DNA of 56,745 bases from Actinomycetes bacterium (GTDB taxonomy: Bacteria > Actinomycetota > Acidimicrobiia > Acidimicrobiales > Aldehydirespiratoraceae), in NCBI GenBank assembly GCA_024276355.1, contig JAJRXJ010000315.1:1-56745 (forward strand). Reading direction: 5' to 3'. Shown one piece after another: positions 26,421 to 36,807 of this stretch. The first letter of the stretch is position 1. The number at the start of each line of letters is the position of its first letter. The translations under genes and the position numbers were made by a program. A model generated the notes under the pieces. It searched no databases. It worked only from the letters and a program-made list of their open reading frames with translations, and was not told the origin of the DNA.

Positions 26421-28319
26421 ATGCGTCTGGTATGCCTGCGTCCATGGCCCAATGGCCCGGAACTGAACCTGAACCCGAGGATCACTCTGATCGTCGGGCT
26501 CTTGCCGTTCGAGAGGGTCGAGTTGGTGTCGACCGTTCACAGCATCGCTCTTGGTGAGGTCCCGGTCTGGGAAGGCCGCCTGGAAGTGGCCGGTACAGAA
26601 ATGAACTTCATCGAGTCGGCTGAGGTGGTGGGATTCCGGGCCGACAATGCTCCGGTGATCACAACCGATGAGATCCCGACGATTGTTGCCGAGTCCCTCG
26701 CCGACTCGGAAACACTCACGGCTGACCCTGACGGTTCGGTCGAGGCCGCGCTGAGGAAGTTGGCCGAGATCGAAGATGAGTTGAGTGGGGCCGAGGTATT
26801 GCGCTCCGAACTCCGGGGCAAGGTGGCGTCCGACGCTGCGAACTTCGATGAGAGCGTGTTCGACGAACTTGCCCGAGCCGACGGGGAACTGAAGCGAGCT
26901 GCTGATCTCGCCGAACGCCCGGATCCATGGACCGGTGTGGCAGACCCGGTGCTGAGGTTGCAGCGGGTCGAGGAGCTGCTGTCCGATGTGGAGGCCAGGT
27001 TGACCACCGTCCCCTCCGGCGACCGGGCGGGCCTGGCCCACGCGACGGCGAGGCTCAAGGTTGCTCTCGGAGATGGCGATCTACCGCTCCCCGACGCTGT
27101 TCGCCTGGCCGAACAGTGGCAGATCCTCGAAGAGCGACGCTCTGATTTGTCCCGTCGCTTCCGTTCGCAGGGGTTCGACCATGATGGTGCCCTGGCCAGA
27201 CTCGAGTCGGCCAGGGCCGCTCTTCGTGCAGCAGAACAGGCCGCTACTCCTCGCCACGTGACCCCCGATGAGGATGCCGAGATCGAAAGGATTCACGAGG
27301 CCTGCCTCGGCCTGCGTGACAAGGCCGGCGGGGGGATCAGGAGAGGTGCAGCCCGCAAACGGCTCGAAGAGACACAGGCGGCCCTTGATGCCCTGCTCGA
27401 GTCGATCGGCTACGCGACCTGGTCGCAGTATCGAATGGGAAACGGCATGGTGAAGGTCACCGATGAGGCCATGCGGGAGTTCGAGTTGGCTCGCGCTGAA
27501 CTCGACGGCACGGAGCTCGAATGGGCCGAGCTGCGAACAATGCTCGAGACGGACCCTGATCTGCTCGACACCGAAGCCGAACTGGCATCGGTTCGCAGTG
27601 AGGCGGTTCGGTTGCTCGGCCACGATCCGGGCGGGTCTGATGTGACAACGCGCGCGGCCAGGCTGATAGCGGCGCTGTCAGGTGCGCTGGTTGACGCCTC
27701 ATCATCCCCGGTGGATGCCGGGGAGGCCGCCGACGAACTGAAGGCGACGCTTTCGGATTGCGGGATCACCGGACATCTGGCGGTGTCATCGAAGCGGGGC
27801 ATTCTGGCGCTGGGGGAGTCCTGGCTGGCGGTCCTGAGATCAGCAACTCCGGCGCGCCTTCATCTGGCCATGTTGCAGAGACGTCTCGAGGCGGAACGGG
27901 ATGCGCTCAAGTCGCTCGGAAACACGTCGCGGGTCGACCGTCTCGACCAGCAGCGTCAGACGGTCATCGACGCGGAGAATCTGGTCGCGCCATCCCTTGA
28001 CGCGATGTGCGGGCTTCTCGAGGCCCGAATCGAACTACATGTCCTGGCCACGACCGAACTGGTGATGGCCGAGGAACACGACGCCAACGTTGACCTCATC
28101 GAGGAGATGACATCCGCCAACAGCCGATCCGCTGCTGAGGACCTGCTCCCGGTGGTTGTCATGGTGGGCGATGACGACCCTGCCCTGCTCGATCCGCTGG
28201 TGGAGTTGTCGCGTCTCCGTCAAATAGTCGTGGTGGGTGACGGCGATGCTCTCGTCGACTGGGCACGATGGATCGGTTCCGAGGGCGCTAGCGTCATCGA
28301 TCGGGGTGTTCTGGTCTGA
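26421..28319 (+). CDS. Long coiled-coil protein with degenerate SMC/SbcC-like head
   Basis: N-terminus ELNLNPRITLIVG with no GxxGxGKS; heptad-rich centre; C-terminus LPVVVMVGDDDP...LVELSRLRQIVVV resembles Walker B and the last head strand. Confidence 0.75.
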   Translation: MRLVCLRPWPNGPELNLNPRITLIVGLLPFERVELVSTVHSIALGEVPVWEGRLEVAGTEMNFIESAEVVGFRADNAPVITTDEIPTIVAESLADSETLTADPDGSVEAALRKLAEIEDELSGAEVLRSELRGKVASDAANFDESVFDELARADGELKRAADLAERPDPWTGVADPVLRLQRVEELLSDVEARLTTVPSGDRAGLAHATARLKVALGDGDLPLPDAVRLAEQWQILEERRSDLSRRFRSQGFDHDGALARLESARAALRAAEQAATPRHVTPDEDAEIERIHEACLGLRDKAGGGIRRGAARKRLEETQAALDALLESIGYATWSQYRMGNGMVKVTDEAMREFELARAELDGTELEWAELRTMLETDPDLLDTEAELASVRSEAVRLLGHDPGGSDVTTRAARLIAALSGALVDASSSPVDAGEAADELKATLSDCGITGHLAVSSKRGILALGESWLAVLRSATPARLHLAMLQRRLEAERDALKSLGNTSRVDRLDQQRQTVIDAENLVAPSLDAMCGLLEARIELHVLATTELVMAEEHDANVDLIEEMTSANSRSAAEDLLPVVVMVGDDDPALLDPLVELSRLRQIVVVGDGDALVDWARWIGSEGASVIDRGVLV

Positions 28320-28364
28320 ACCCGCGATCCCGCGTCGCTGCTCGGCCGATCACCGTGGGCCAAC

Positions 28365-29327
28365 GTGGGGGAGTCAGCAACCGTGAGATGTGGAATCGAT
28401 ATCGGCGGCACCAAGGTCCTTGGAATAGCCGTCGAGTCCAATCCGCTCGAGCCTGCCGCCGAGACGAAAACTCGCACCGTCTACGACAAGGACGTGCTGA
28501 TCGAGTCGATAATCGGGGTCATTACCGGCCTCGAGCATCAGGCCGGCAAGCCAATGGGGTCGATCGGCATCGGGATAGCGGGCATTGTCGATCGACGGGG
28601 CACTCTGCGATACTCGCCGAACATCCCCGGCGTGGTCGACCTGCCCATCCATGAGATCGTTTCAGAGCGTCTCGGCCGACCGATTCGTATCGAAAACGAT
28701 GCCACCACCGCAGCCTGGGCCGAGCACCTGATCGGTGCCGGGGCGGGAAGCGAGAACATGTTGTTCGTGGGTCTCGGCACCGGTATCGGCACAGGGTTCG
28801 TGCTCGACGGCACCCTGCATCGGGGCTGGAACGGATTCTCGGGCGAGTCGGGACACATGACCATCGACAAGAACGGCCCCGTCCATCTCACCGGTGCCCG
28901 CGGTCCTTGGGAGCTGACGGCGTCCGGATCGGGTCTGGCCAGGCTGGCTTCACGATTCGCCTCCGAAGGGAAACTCGACTCGGTGGTGGAACTGGCCGGA
29001 TCGGTCGATGAGATCGACGCTGAACACATTCAGCAGGCTGTTGAGGCGGGGGCAACAGATGTGTTGGACCTGCTGGATGAGTTCGCCATCGATGTGGGGA
29101 TCGGCCTGGCCAATCTCATCCACCTGCTGGACCCGGAGGTGATCGTCATCGGTGGGGGGCTGGTCGATCTCGGTGATCCACTTCTCGGGGCCATTCGACG
29201 TCGAACCGAGTCATTCGTGCTGGGTGGCCGCCATCGGCCGGCAGTCGACATCAGGGCGGCCAAGCTCGGAAGCCGGGCCGGGGCTATCGGGGCTGCCCTT
29301 CTTGCTCCCGATCCGACTCCGGGCTGA
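28365..29327 (+). CDS. ROK family sugar kinase (glucokinase-like)
   Basis: GIDIGGTK, ENDATTAAWAE, LGTGIGTG, GESGH, VIGGG, AGAIGAA. Confidence 0.9.
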   Translation: MGESATVRCGIDIGGTKVLGIAVESNPLEPAAETKTRTVYDKDVLIESIIGVITGLEHQAGKPMGSIGIGIAGIVDRRGTLRYSPNIPGVVDLPIHEIVSERLGRPIRIENDATTAAWAEHLIGAGAGSENMLFVGLGTGIGTGFVLDGTLHRGWNGFSGESGHMTIDKNGPVHLTGARGPWELTASGSGLARLASRFASEGKLDSVVELAGSVDEIDAEHIQQAVEAGATDVLDLLDEFAIDVGIGLANLIHLLDPEVIVIGGGLVDLGDPLLGAIRRRTESFVLGGRHRPAVDIRAAKLGSRAGAIGAALLAPDPTPG

Positions 29328-29374
29328 TCAACAAACCGGGGATCCGTGCAGCTCGGTGGCGATAGCGTGACCGA

Positions 29375-30553
29375 ATGGATTTCCGCCGCATAAACGGGCT
29401 CCCGCCCTACGTGTTCACGATCATCGACTCGTTGAAGGTCGAGGCTCGCCGAGCCGGCCGGGATGTGATCGACCTGGGGTTCGGCAACCCCGACCTGCCG
29501 TCCCCCGAGGTGGCGGTGTCGAAACTGTGTGAGTCGGCGGGCAACCCGCGCAATCACAGGTATTCGTCGAGCCGTGGCATCCCGAAGCTTCGCGAGGCAG
29601 TGGCCGGTCTCTACCAGCGGAGGTTCGGGGTCGACGTGGACCCCGAGACCGAAGTGATCCAGACCATCGGTGCGAAGGAAGGGTTCAGCCACCTGATGTG
29701 GGTGCTGCTGCAAGCCGGCGACGCGGTTCTGGTGCCGGCACCCTCATACCCGATCCATCTGTTTGCGCCACTGTTCGCCGGTGCCAACGTGAGAGAGATG
29801 CCTCTCACCAACAACCAGGACGACTTCTTCGACACGCTCACCGAGCGTTTCGAGTATTCCTGGCCCCGCCCCAGGGTGATCGTGTTGTCGTTCCCCCACA
29901 ACCCGACCACCACCTGTGTCGATCTCGACTTCATGCAGCGCGTCGTGGATTTCGCGCGTGAGCGAGAAGTGTTCTTGGTTCATGATTTCGCCTATGCCGA
30001 ACTGGGCTTCGATGGTTTCCGACCCCCATCGATTCTCGAGGCCGAGGGGGCCAAGGAGGTGGCTGTCGAGCTCTACTCCATGACCAAGAGCTTCTCGATG
30101 GCCGGTTGGCGCATCGCCTACATGGTCGGCAACGCGGAGGTGGTGGCCGCCCTGGCGAAGCTCAAGTCGTATCTCGACTACGGCACCTTCCAGCCGATCC
30201 AGATCGCAGCCACCGTGACCCTGAACGAGGCCGTCGATTATCCGGCCGAGGTTGGTGAGATCTACCAGAGACGCCGCGACACCCTGTGTGATGGCCTGGA
30301 GCGGATCGGATGGCACATCGACCCTCCGATGGGGACCATGTTCGCTTGGGCTCCGATCCCGGAGCAGTACTCCCACATGGGATCGGTGGAGTTCGCGTCG
30401 ATGCTGGTGAGAGAGGCCGATGTGGCCACTTCCCCGGGGGTGGGTTTCGGACCCGGTGGCGAAGGGTTCGTACGGTTCGCCCTCATCGAGAACGAGCAGA
30501 GAATCAATCAGGCGGTGCGCAACCTCCGGGGCACGCTCGACCTGCTCGGCTGA
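29375..30553 (+). CDS. alaC: PLP-dependent class I/II aminotransferase, AlaC-like
   Basis: LPPYVF, DLGFGNPD, FPHNPT, HDFAY, SMTKSFSMAGWR, KSYLDYGTF. Confidence 0.85.
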   Translation: MDFRRINGLPPYVFTIIDSLKVEARRAGRDVIDLGFGNPDLPSPEVAVSKLCESAGNPRNHRYSSSRGIPKLREAVAGLYQRRFGVDVDPETEVIQTIGAKEGFSHLMWVLLQAGDAVLVPAPSYPIHLFAPLFAGANVREMPLTNNQDDFFDTLTERFEYSWPRPRVIVLSFPHNPTTTCVDLDFMQRVVDFAREREVFLVHDFAYAELGFDGFRPPSILEAEGAKEVAVELYSMTKSFSMAGWRIAYMVGNAEVVAALAKLKSYLDYGTFQPIQIAATVTLNEAVDYPAEVGEIYQRRRDTLCDGLERIGWHIDPPMGTMFAWAPIPEQYSHMGSVEFASMLVREADVATSPGVGFGPGGEGFVRFALIENEQRINQAVRNLRGTLDLLG

Positions 30554-30556
30554 TCA

Positions 30557-32038
30557 TCAAACCGAATGGTCCCAGTCGAGCGACCTCTTCAGGGCCCGGC
30601 TCCAATTGGTGTGGAGCGCGTCGGCTGACTCGCGATCGTCGTTGGGCGTGAACTCGGCGTCGGCATCCCACTTGGATGCCAGCTCGTTGGTGTCCGACCA
30701 GATTCCTTCCGCCAGTCCCGCCAGATAGGCCGCGCCCATTGCGGTGGTCTCCTGGATGCTCGATCTGATCACCGGCACACCGAGCTGGTCGGCCTGGAAC
30801 TGAAGCAGGAAGTCCATGACCGAGGCACCGCCGTCGACACGAAGGTCGGTCACCGAGGTGCCACTGGCTGAACTCATGGCGTCGACCACGTCGCGGCTCT
30901 GGTAGGCGATCGCCTCAACGGTGGCCCGCACGATCTCAGCCCGGCCGGTGCCGCGTGTGATCCCGATGATGGTGCCGCGTGCCCGGGCATCCCACCATGG
31001 GCTCCCGAGCCCGGCAAGAGCGGGTACGAACACGACCCCACCGGTGTCGGGCACGGATTCAGCCAATGGCCCGGTGTCGGATGCCTGTTCGATGATGCCC
31101 AGCCCGTCGCGCAGCCACTGGATGGCTGCGCCGGTCGCGAATATGGCGCCCTCGTACGCGTAGTTGGTGGTGGTTTCGTCCCCGCCGATGGTCCATGCCA
31201 CGGTGGTCAGCAGTCCCTCGACCGGCGGAGGGCAGCTCCGGCCGACGTTCATCAGGACAAACGAACCGGTCCCGTAGGTGTTCTTGGCCTGACCGGGGGA
31301 GAAGCAGGCTTGGCCGAACAACGCTGCCTGCTGGTCGCCGGCGACCCCGCTCACGGGTATCCCGGCCCCGGTGGGAATCTCGGATGTGGTCACGCCGAAA
31401 CGGCCCGACGAGGGTCGGACCTCGGGCAGACATGATCGGGGAACACCGAGCATCTCGCACAGGTCGTCGTCCCATGCGAGTCGGTGGATGTCGAACAACA
31501 ACGTTCGGCTGGCATTGCTGGTGTCGGTGAGGTGGGCCCCGCCGGTGAGATTCCAGATCAACCAGGAGTCGATGGTGCCGAACGCCAGGTGTTGATCAGA
31601 TGTGACACCTCCTTCGTTGAGCAACCATTCGAGCTTCGTGCCGGAGAAGTACGGATCGAGAACCAAGCCGGTTCTGTCCCGGACGAGATCAAGGTGTCCC
31701 CGCTCGGTGAGTTGCTCACATCGGCTGGCCGTGCGGCGGTCCTGCCATACGATCGCCCGATGGAGCGGGCGGCCGGTTCGCTTGTCCCAGACGACGACGG
31801 TTTCGCGTTGGTCGGTGATGCCGATGGCCGCGATCGGTTCGCTGATGGTCGCGGTGATTTCGGCCAACGTGGCCAGCACGGCCTGCCATATTTCGTCGGC
31901 ATCGTGCTCCACCCAGCCTGGTCGGGGGAAGTGTTGGGTGAACTCGCGGTAGGCAAAACCGACGGGTCGGCCGTGTTCGTTCACCGCGAACGACCTGACC
32001 CCGGTCGTGCCGGCATCTATGGCTATGACGATTCCCAT
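30557..32038 (-). CDS. glpK: Glycerol kinase
   Basis: AIDAGTTG, GITDQRET, VWQDRR, DPYFSGTK, GDQQAALFGQ, KNTYGTG, DGGA. ATG 32038. Confidence 0.96.
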   Translation of the reverse strand: MGIVIAIDAGTTGVRSFAVNEHGRPVGFAYREFTQHFPRPGWVEHDADEIWQAVLATLAEITATISEPIAAIGITDQRETVVVWDKRTGRPLHRAIVWQDRRTASRCEQLTERGHLDLVRDRTGLVLDPYFSGTKLEWLLNEGGVTSDQHLAFGTIDSWLIWNLTGGAHLTDTSNASRTLLFDIHRLAWDDDLCEMLGVPRSCLPEVRPSSGRFGVTTSEIPTGAGIPVSGVAGDQQAALFGQACFSPGQAKNTYGTGSFVLMNVGRSCPPPVEGLLTTVAWTIGGDETTTNYAYEGAIFATGAAIQWLRDGLGIIEQASDTGPLAESVPDTGGVVFVPALAGLGSPWWDARARGTIIGITRGTGRAEIVRATVEAIAYQSRDVVDAMSSASGTSVTDLRVDGGASVMDFLLQFQADQLGVPVIRSSIQETTAMGAAYLAGLAEGIWSDTNELASKWDADAEFTPNDDRESADALHTNWSRALKRSLDWDHSV

Positions 32039-32120
32039 TGCGGTCCGACAATAACCGGCCAAGCGCCATGTGTCGGCATACGATGACGGCTCCGTTCGAG
32101 ATGGACCATCTGGGGGACCG

Positions 32121-33149
32121 ATGCGTGTTGGAGTACTCACCGGCGGGGGCGACTGCCCCGGGCTGAACGCTGTCATTCGGGCGGTGGTCAGGAGGGCCGA
32201 GCGGGGCTTCGGGGATGAGGTGATCGGCTTCGTCGACGGGTATCGGGGGCTCATCGACGATGAATGGATGCCTCTGGATGTGGGTTCATGTCGGGGGATA
32301 CTTCCAAGAGGCGGAACCATCATCGGTACCTCCAGGATCCAGCCCTACATGTTCGACGACGGCGTGGACCGGGCCCGGGCCACCATGGCACTCCACGACA
32401 TCGACTCCCTGATCGTGATTGGTGGTGAGGGAACGCTGTCGGCGGCCAGCCGCCTCGACTCTGAGGGTTTCAGGGTGGTCGGGGTGCCCAAGACGATCGA
32501 CAACGACATCGGGGGCACCGACATGACCTTCGGTTTCGACACCGCGGTGCAGATCGCCACCGATGCGATCGACCGGCTCCACACCACCGCCGAGTCACAC
32601 GACAGGGTGATCGTGGTGGAGGTCATGGGCCGCCATGTCGGCCACATCGCCACGTGGGCCGGGATTGCGGGCGGGGCCACGGTGATTCTTGTTCCGGAGG
32701 AACCATTCGATATTGCCAAGGTCTGCGACTCGCTCCACCGGCGTCATGCCAAGGGGCGCTACGCGTCGATTGTCGTGGTTGCCGAAGGGGCCCGACCCGC
32801 CGAGGGCACGTTTGAGCTTGCCGAGCCCAGCCTCGACGAATACGGCCACCAGAGACTGGGTGGAATAGCCAACGTGGTGGCATCCGAGATCGAAGCCCGT
32901 ACGGGCTACGAAACGAGGGTCACAATCCTCGGATACGTCCAACGTGGCGGCACCCCGACGGCCTTCGACAGGGTCCTTTCCACCAGGTTCGGTGTGGAGG
33001 CCATGAACGCGGCCCACGAGTCCGACACCGGCAAGATGGTGGCGCTCGACGGTGGCGTGGTCGTCCGCAAGCCCTTCGCCGACTGCATCGCCGATCTCAA
33101 GGTGGTCCCACCGGCCCTGCTGGAGGTCTCCCACACGTTCACCGCCTGA
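32121..33149 (+). CDS. pfkA: 6-phosphofructokinase (ATP-type GGEG motif)
   Basis: LTGGGDCPGLNAVIR, GGEGT, PKTIDND, EVMGR, GYVQRGG. Confidence 0.95.
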   Translation: MRVGVLTGGGDCPGLNAVIRAVVRRAERGFGDEVIGFVDGYRGLIDDEWMPLDVGSCRGILPRGGTIIGTSRIQPYMFDDGVDRARATMALHDIDSLIVIGGEGTLSAASRLDSEGFRVVGVPKTIDNDIGGTDMTFGFDTAVQIATDAIDRLHTTAESHDRVIVVEVMGRHVGHIATWAGIAGGATVILVPEEPFDIAKVCDSLHRRHAKGRYASIVVVAEGARPAEGTFELAEPSLDEYGHQRLGGIANVVASEIEARTGYETRVTILGYVQRGGTPTAFDRVLSTRFGVEAMNAAHESDTGKMVALDGGVVVRKPFADCIADLKVVPPALLEVSHTFTA

Positions 33150-33169
33150 CGGCGGCCCGGTCGTCGGAC

Positions 33170-33859
33170 TTAGGGGGTGGTGGTCGAGTCGGGCTGAAGC
33201 GAGGTGGTCGTGGTGGTGGTCGTGTTGGGGGGTACGAATTCGGGGTCGAAACGGTCGTAGTCCGACCTCGACACGGGTGCGCCCACCTCGGTGTCTCCGT
33301 GGTTGGTCGGGATGGTCACCTGGTCGCCGTTGATGAGGATCTGGACCCGGTTGATGCCGGGCATGGCGGTGGCGGTCCACACCAGCTGGGCGGCCACCTC
33401 GATGAGGTCGCCTTCGTACGGTTGATCGCTGGGCAATCCCTCGGGAGTGAGGTTCACGAGGTTGATGATCGCCATGTCCCCCGAGACCGATGCGTCGAGC
33501 AACTCGAATTCGGTGAGGGTGGTGATGTAGTTCGCGGCTTCCTCGTCGGTGGTGACAGCTCCCTCCCCGAACAGTCGACTGATCACATCGGTGATGGTCG
33601 GGTTCAAGGGGACCTCGCGTTGGACCTCGACAACCGTGGCTCGGGTGGTCTCGGCTTGCCGGGTGAGCAGATAGATGGATGCCAGCGTGGTGATCGGAGC
33701 CTGAATGGTGGTGGTGGTGGTGGTGAAGTCGGGGCGGAGGCTCTCGGGCAACGAGTCTGATGGAATCACCTGGGCAGCATTGTCGCTCGGGATCGAACAC
33801 GCGCCGGCCAACAGGGCAATCACGGCAACCCCGGATGCGAGGCGGAATCGGATGCTCAT
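33170..33859 (-). CDS. GerMN-domain lipoprotein (accessory component of the two-component system)
   Basis: Lipobox LLAGAC, Thr-rich linkers, AAQLVWTAT..GINRVQILING. Confidence 0.85.
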   Translation of the reverse strand: MSIRFRLASGVAVIALLAGACSIPSDNAAQVIPSDSLPESLRPDFTTTTTTIQAPITTLASIYLLTRQAETTRATVVEVQREVPLNPTITDVISRLFGEGAVTTDEEAANYITTLTEFELLDASVSGDMAIINLVNLTPEGLPSDQPYEGDLIEVAAQLVWTATAMPGINRVQILINGDQVTIPTNHGDTEVGAPVSRSDYDRFDPEFVPPNTTTTTTTSLQPDSTTTP

Positions 33860-35262
33860 TCGTTGATCTCCCCAAACGGCAACATCACCACGAAACGTGC
33901 CCCCGGTTTACCGTCTCGGCGGTCTTCGACCCAGATTCGCCCGCCGTGCAGTCCGACGTGTTCGGCGACCAGCGATAGACCGAGCCCGGAGCCGGTGTCC
34001 TGGCCTCGCCGTCCGCCGGCACTCCCGCGTGAGAATCGGTCGAAGATCACGAATCTCTCACGGGCCGGCACGCCGGGGCCGTTGTCCTCGACGGCCAGAA
34101 GGATCGAGTTGTCGACGCGATCGAGGGAGACAGTGATTTCGCCGTCGCCGTACTTGGCAGCGTTGTCGATCAGGTTGGCGAGCACCTGGGCCAGGCGTCG
34201 TTTGTCGGCAACCACGATTGTCGATTGTGCGTCGAGAGAGGTCTGCACCACTGTGTCGGGCCTCGACGAGTGGGATATTGCCTGGCGCACGAATTCAGAG
34301 AAATCGATTTCTTCCGCCTGAAGTGAGGCCGAGCCGACGTCGTATCTGCTGATCTCGAGAAGATCCTCGACGAGGCGGGTGAAACGTTTGACGTCGTCGG
34401 TGAGCAGGTCGAGCGCTGTTCGGCTGCGTTCGTTGAGTTCGTCCCTGTTGTTGTTGAGCACCTCGACGGACGCGTTGAGGGTCATGAGCGGGCTGCGCAG
34501 CTCGTGGCTGACCTCGGATGCAAACCGCGAATCGCGCTGGATACGGTCTTCGAGCGCACCAGCCATCTCGTTGAACGACGCGGTGAGGGAGGCGAGATCG
34601 GCGTCGGCGGGAGGCTCGAGGCGAGTGTCGAGTTCACCCGCGGCGAGCGACTCGGCGGCCGCGCGAACGTCGGCCAAGGGTGTGAGGGTGCGGCGTGACG
34701 CCCACCAACCGACCGAGGCCGCGAGGACGGTCGAGGCCGCGGCGACGCCGGAGACGATGAGCCCCAAGGCACTGAGGGTGGCCTCGATGTCGTCGAGAAA
34801 TATCGCTTCGAAATAGGCAGCGTCGCGGTTGGGCAGGGGAATCCCGGTGATCACGGCGGGGCGACCGTCGAGATCAGTACGTATGGTGCCCGCCTCGGAG
34901 CTCGACACGATCTCCAGCAACGAGGGGGGGACGTTGTCGCTGTTGAACACCTGGGTGTCGGAGGCTGTCCAGTCGTCGCCGAACCGCAGCAGGGGATAGG
35001 CACCCTTGGTGGTGCTCAGAGAATCGATGATGGCGCCGAGGCCCTCAGCGTCGATCTCGGGTGTGAGACGGGCCTGCACCCTCCGGCCATTGGCGGTGAC
35101 CACCCGGAACGCGGTCTGCTCACGCGTCTCAAGAAGATTCTGTCGGGTGAGGGTGAGGGTTGCGAGCGCGATGGTGGCCGAGAGCAGCAGTCCGCCGAAC
35201 GCGAAAAAGAGGGTGAGACGGGCCCTCAGCCCCAAGCGTTCGAAATGGGGGCGCAGCTTCAT
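33856..35262 (-). CDS. Sensor histidine kinase (HAMP, HisKA, HATPase)
   Basis: Two TMs, SFNEMA, SHELRSPL, NLIDNAAKY, DNGPG, GLGLSLV. Confidence 0.96.
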   Translation of the reverse strand: MKLRPHFERLGLRARLTLFFAFGGLLLSATIALATLTLTRQNLLETREQTAFRVVTANGRRVQARLTPEIDAEGLGAIIDSLSTTKGAYPLLRFGDDWTASDTQVFNSDNVPPSLLEIVSSSEAGTIRTDLDGRPAVITGIPLPNRDAAYFEAIFLDDIEATLSALGLIVSGVAAASTVLAASVGWWASRRTLTPLADVRAAAESLAAGELDTRLEPPADADLASLTASFNEMAGALEDRIQRDSRFASEVSHELRSPLMTLNASVEVLNNNRDELNERSRTALDLLTDDVKRFTRLVEDLLEISRYDVGSASLQAEEIDFSEFVRQAISHSSRPDTVVQTSLDAQSTIVVADKRRLAQVLANLIDNAAKYGDGEITVSLDRVDNSILLAVEDNGPGVPARERFVIFDRFSRGSAGGRRGQDTGSGLGLSLVAEHVGLHGGRIWVEDRRDGKPGARFVVMLPFGEINE

Positions 35263-35280
35263 CGGATCATCGACCTGCGC

Positions 35281-35961
35281 TCAGGCCTGCAACTTGTAGC
35301 CCAATCCTCGCACGGTCACCACATGGCGGGGATTGGCAGCGTCGGACTCGATCTTCGTTCGTAGCCGACGAATATGAACATCGACGAGGCGACCGTCGCC
35401 GAAGTACCCGTAACCCCAGACCTTCTCGAGGAGAACCTCGCGACTGAAGACCCGTCCGGGATTCGATGCCAACTCGACCAGAAGACGGAACTCGGTCTTG
35501 GTGAGGTGGAGCTCGGTTCCGGCAAGACGGACGACACCCTCATCAGGGATTATCTCGAGATCGCCAAAAACCATGTGGCGACTACCGGCGTCGCTGGAAC
35601 GCACGCGACGCAGCAGCGCCCTGATGCGGGCCGACAGCTCCTTGGGAGCGAACGGTTTGGTGAGGTAGTCGTCGGCACCGGCTTCGAGACCGGCCACCAC
35701 ATCGTGGGTGTCGATGCGTGCGGTGACCATGACGATGGGTACATCGCTGACCCTTCGAATGGCCCGGCACACGTCGAACCCGTCGATGCCCGGAAGCATG
35801 ATGTCGATGAGGACGACATCGGCGGGCTCGCGTGTGAACGCGTTGAGTGCGTCCTCTCCGGACGCGGCTTCTTCGACCACCCACCCCTCATCTTCGAGAG
35901 CGAGTTTCACCGAAGTTCGGATTCTCTCATCGTCTTCGACTGTCAGGATTCGTGTACCCAC
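35281..35961 (-). CDS. OmpR-family response regulator (MtrA/AfsQ1-like)
   Basis: VEDD, DIMLPG, GADDYLTKPF, LTKTEFRLL, VDVHIRRLR, TVRGLGY. Confidence 0.96.
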   Translation of the reverse strand: MGTRILTVEDDERIRTSVKLALEDEGWVVEEAASGEDALNAFTREPADVVLIDIMLPGIDGFDVCRAIRRVSDVPIVMVTARIDTHDVVAGLEAGADDYLTKPFAPKELSARIRALLRRVRSSDAGSRHMVFGDLEIIPDEGVVRLAGTELHLTKTEFRLLVELASNPGRVFSREVLLEKVWGYGYFGDGRLVDVHIRRLRTKIESDAANPRHVVTVRGLGYKLQA

Positions 35962-36015
35962 AACTGCGATGCTGCCAGAAATCGGGGCCGATGGGGCGCC
36001 ATCTCCCCAATTGGA

Positions 36016-36807
36016 TCAGGCCGAGTGGGCCCCGGCTTCTTCGAGGAGCTTCGAGAACTGATCGAAAATGGCCGGTGCGGATCCGAAAAAGGCCCCGTCT
36101 GCAACGCTGTCATGATCGAGAACCGCCCCGGCCTCGGACGCAATGAGTGCTCCGGCGGCGGTGTCCCATGGAGCGAGTCCGCGTTCGAAGTATGCGTCGA
36201 CTCGACCGCAGGCGAGGGCGCAAAGATCAAGGGCCGCTCCTCCCATGCGCCTGATGTCGCGCACTGCCGGCAGGATCGTGACCAGCGAACCGGCTTGGGC
36301 CCGGCGACGTTCGCTGTCGTAGGAGAAGCCGGTGGCCACCAGTGCGGTCGACAGATCATCGGCAGCACTCACGGAGATGGTCGCACCGTTTCGTGTGGCA
36401 CCGCCGCCCCGGGTGGCACGAAATCGTTCGTTTCGTACCGGATCGTGGACCAGCCCGGCCACGGTCCGCCCTTCGACATTCGCGGCAACCGATATCGAAT
36501 AACCGGGAATGTCGTAGATGAAGTTGGTGGTGCCGTCGATGGGGTCGATCACCCATGTGACTCCGCTCTCCGAGGGGCGCGATGAGCCCTCCTCCCCGAG
36601 TATCCCGTCGCGGGGGCGATTTCCGAGGATGCTTTCCACGAGCTGGGCCTCGACCCAACGATCGATGTCGGTCACCATGTCGGTGCGGCTGGACTTGGTG
36701 TCTATGGCCAGGGTCGGCTGTGTACCGGAGCGATCCAGTCGATGGGTGACCAGATCAACCGCGGCGTCGGCTATGCCGAGCAACTCGGCCGCCGGTGTGG
36801 GGCTCAC
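36016..36807 (-). CDS. Inositol monophosphatase family protein
   Basis: DMVT, GEE, WVIDPIDGTTNF, RRMGGAALD, PWDTAAG. Confidence 0.93.
   Translation of the reverse strand: MSPTPAAELLGIADAAVDLVTHRLDRSGTQPTLAIDTKSSRTDMVTDIDRWVEAQLVESILGNRPRDGILGEEGSSRPSESGVTWVIDPIDGTTNFIYDIPGYSISVAANVEGRTVAGLVHDPVRNERFRATRGGGATRNGATISVSAADDLSTALVATGFSYDSERRRAQAGSLVTILPAVRDIRRMGGAALDLCALACGRVDAYFERGLAPWDTAAGALIASEAGAVLDHDSVADGAFFGSAPAIFDQFSKLLEEAGAHSA

Noticed and set aside
33170-35961. Naming the three-component system mtrAB-lpqB
   Set aside because: The lipoprotein is a short GerMN-only protein, and the RR cannot be distinguished from AfsQ1/CseB-like paralogues by eye
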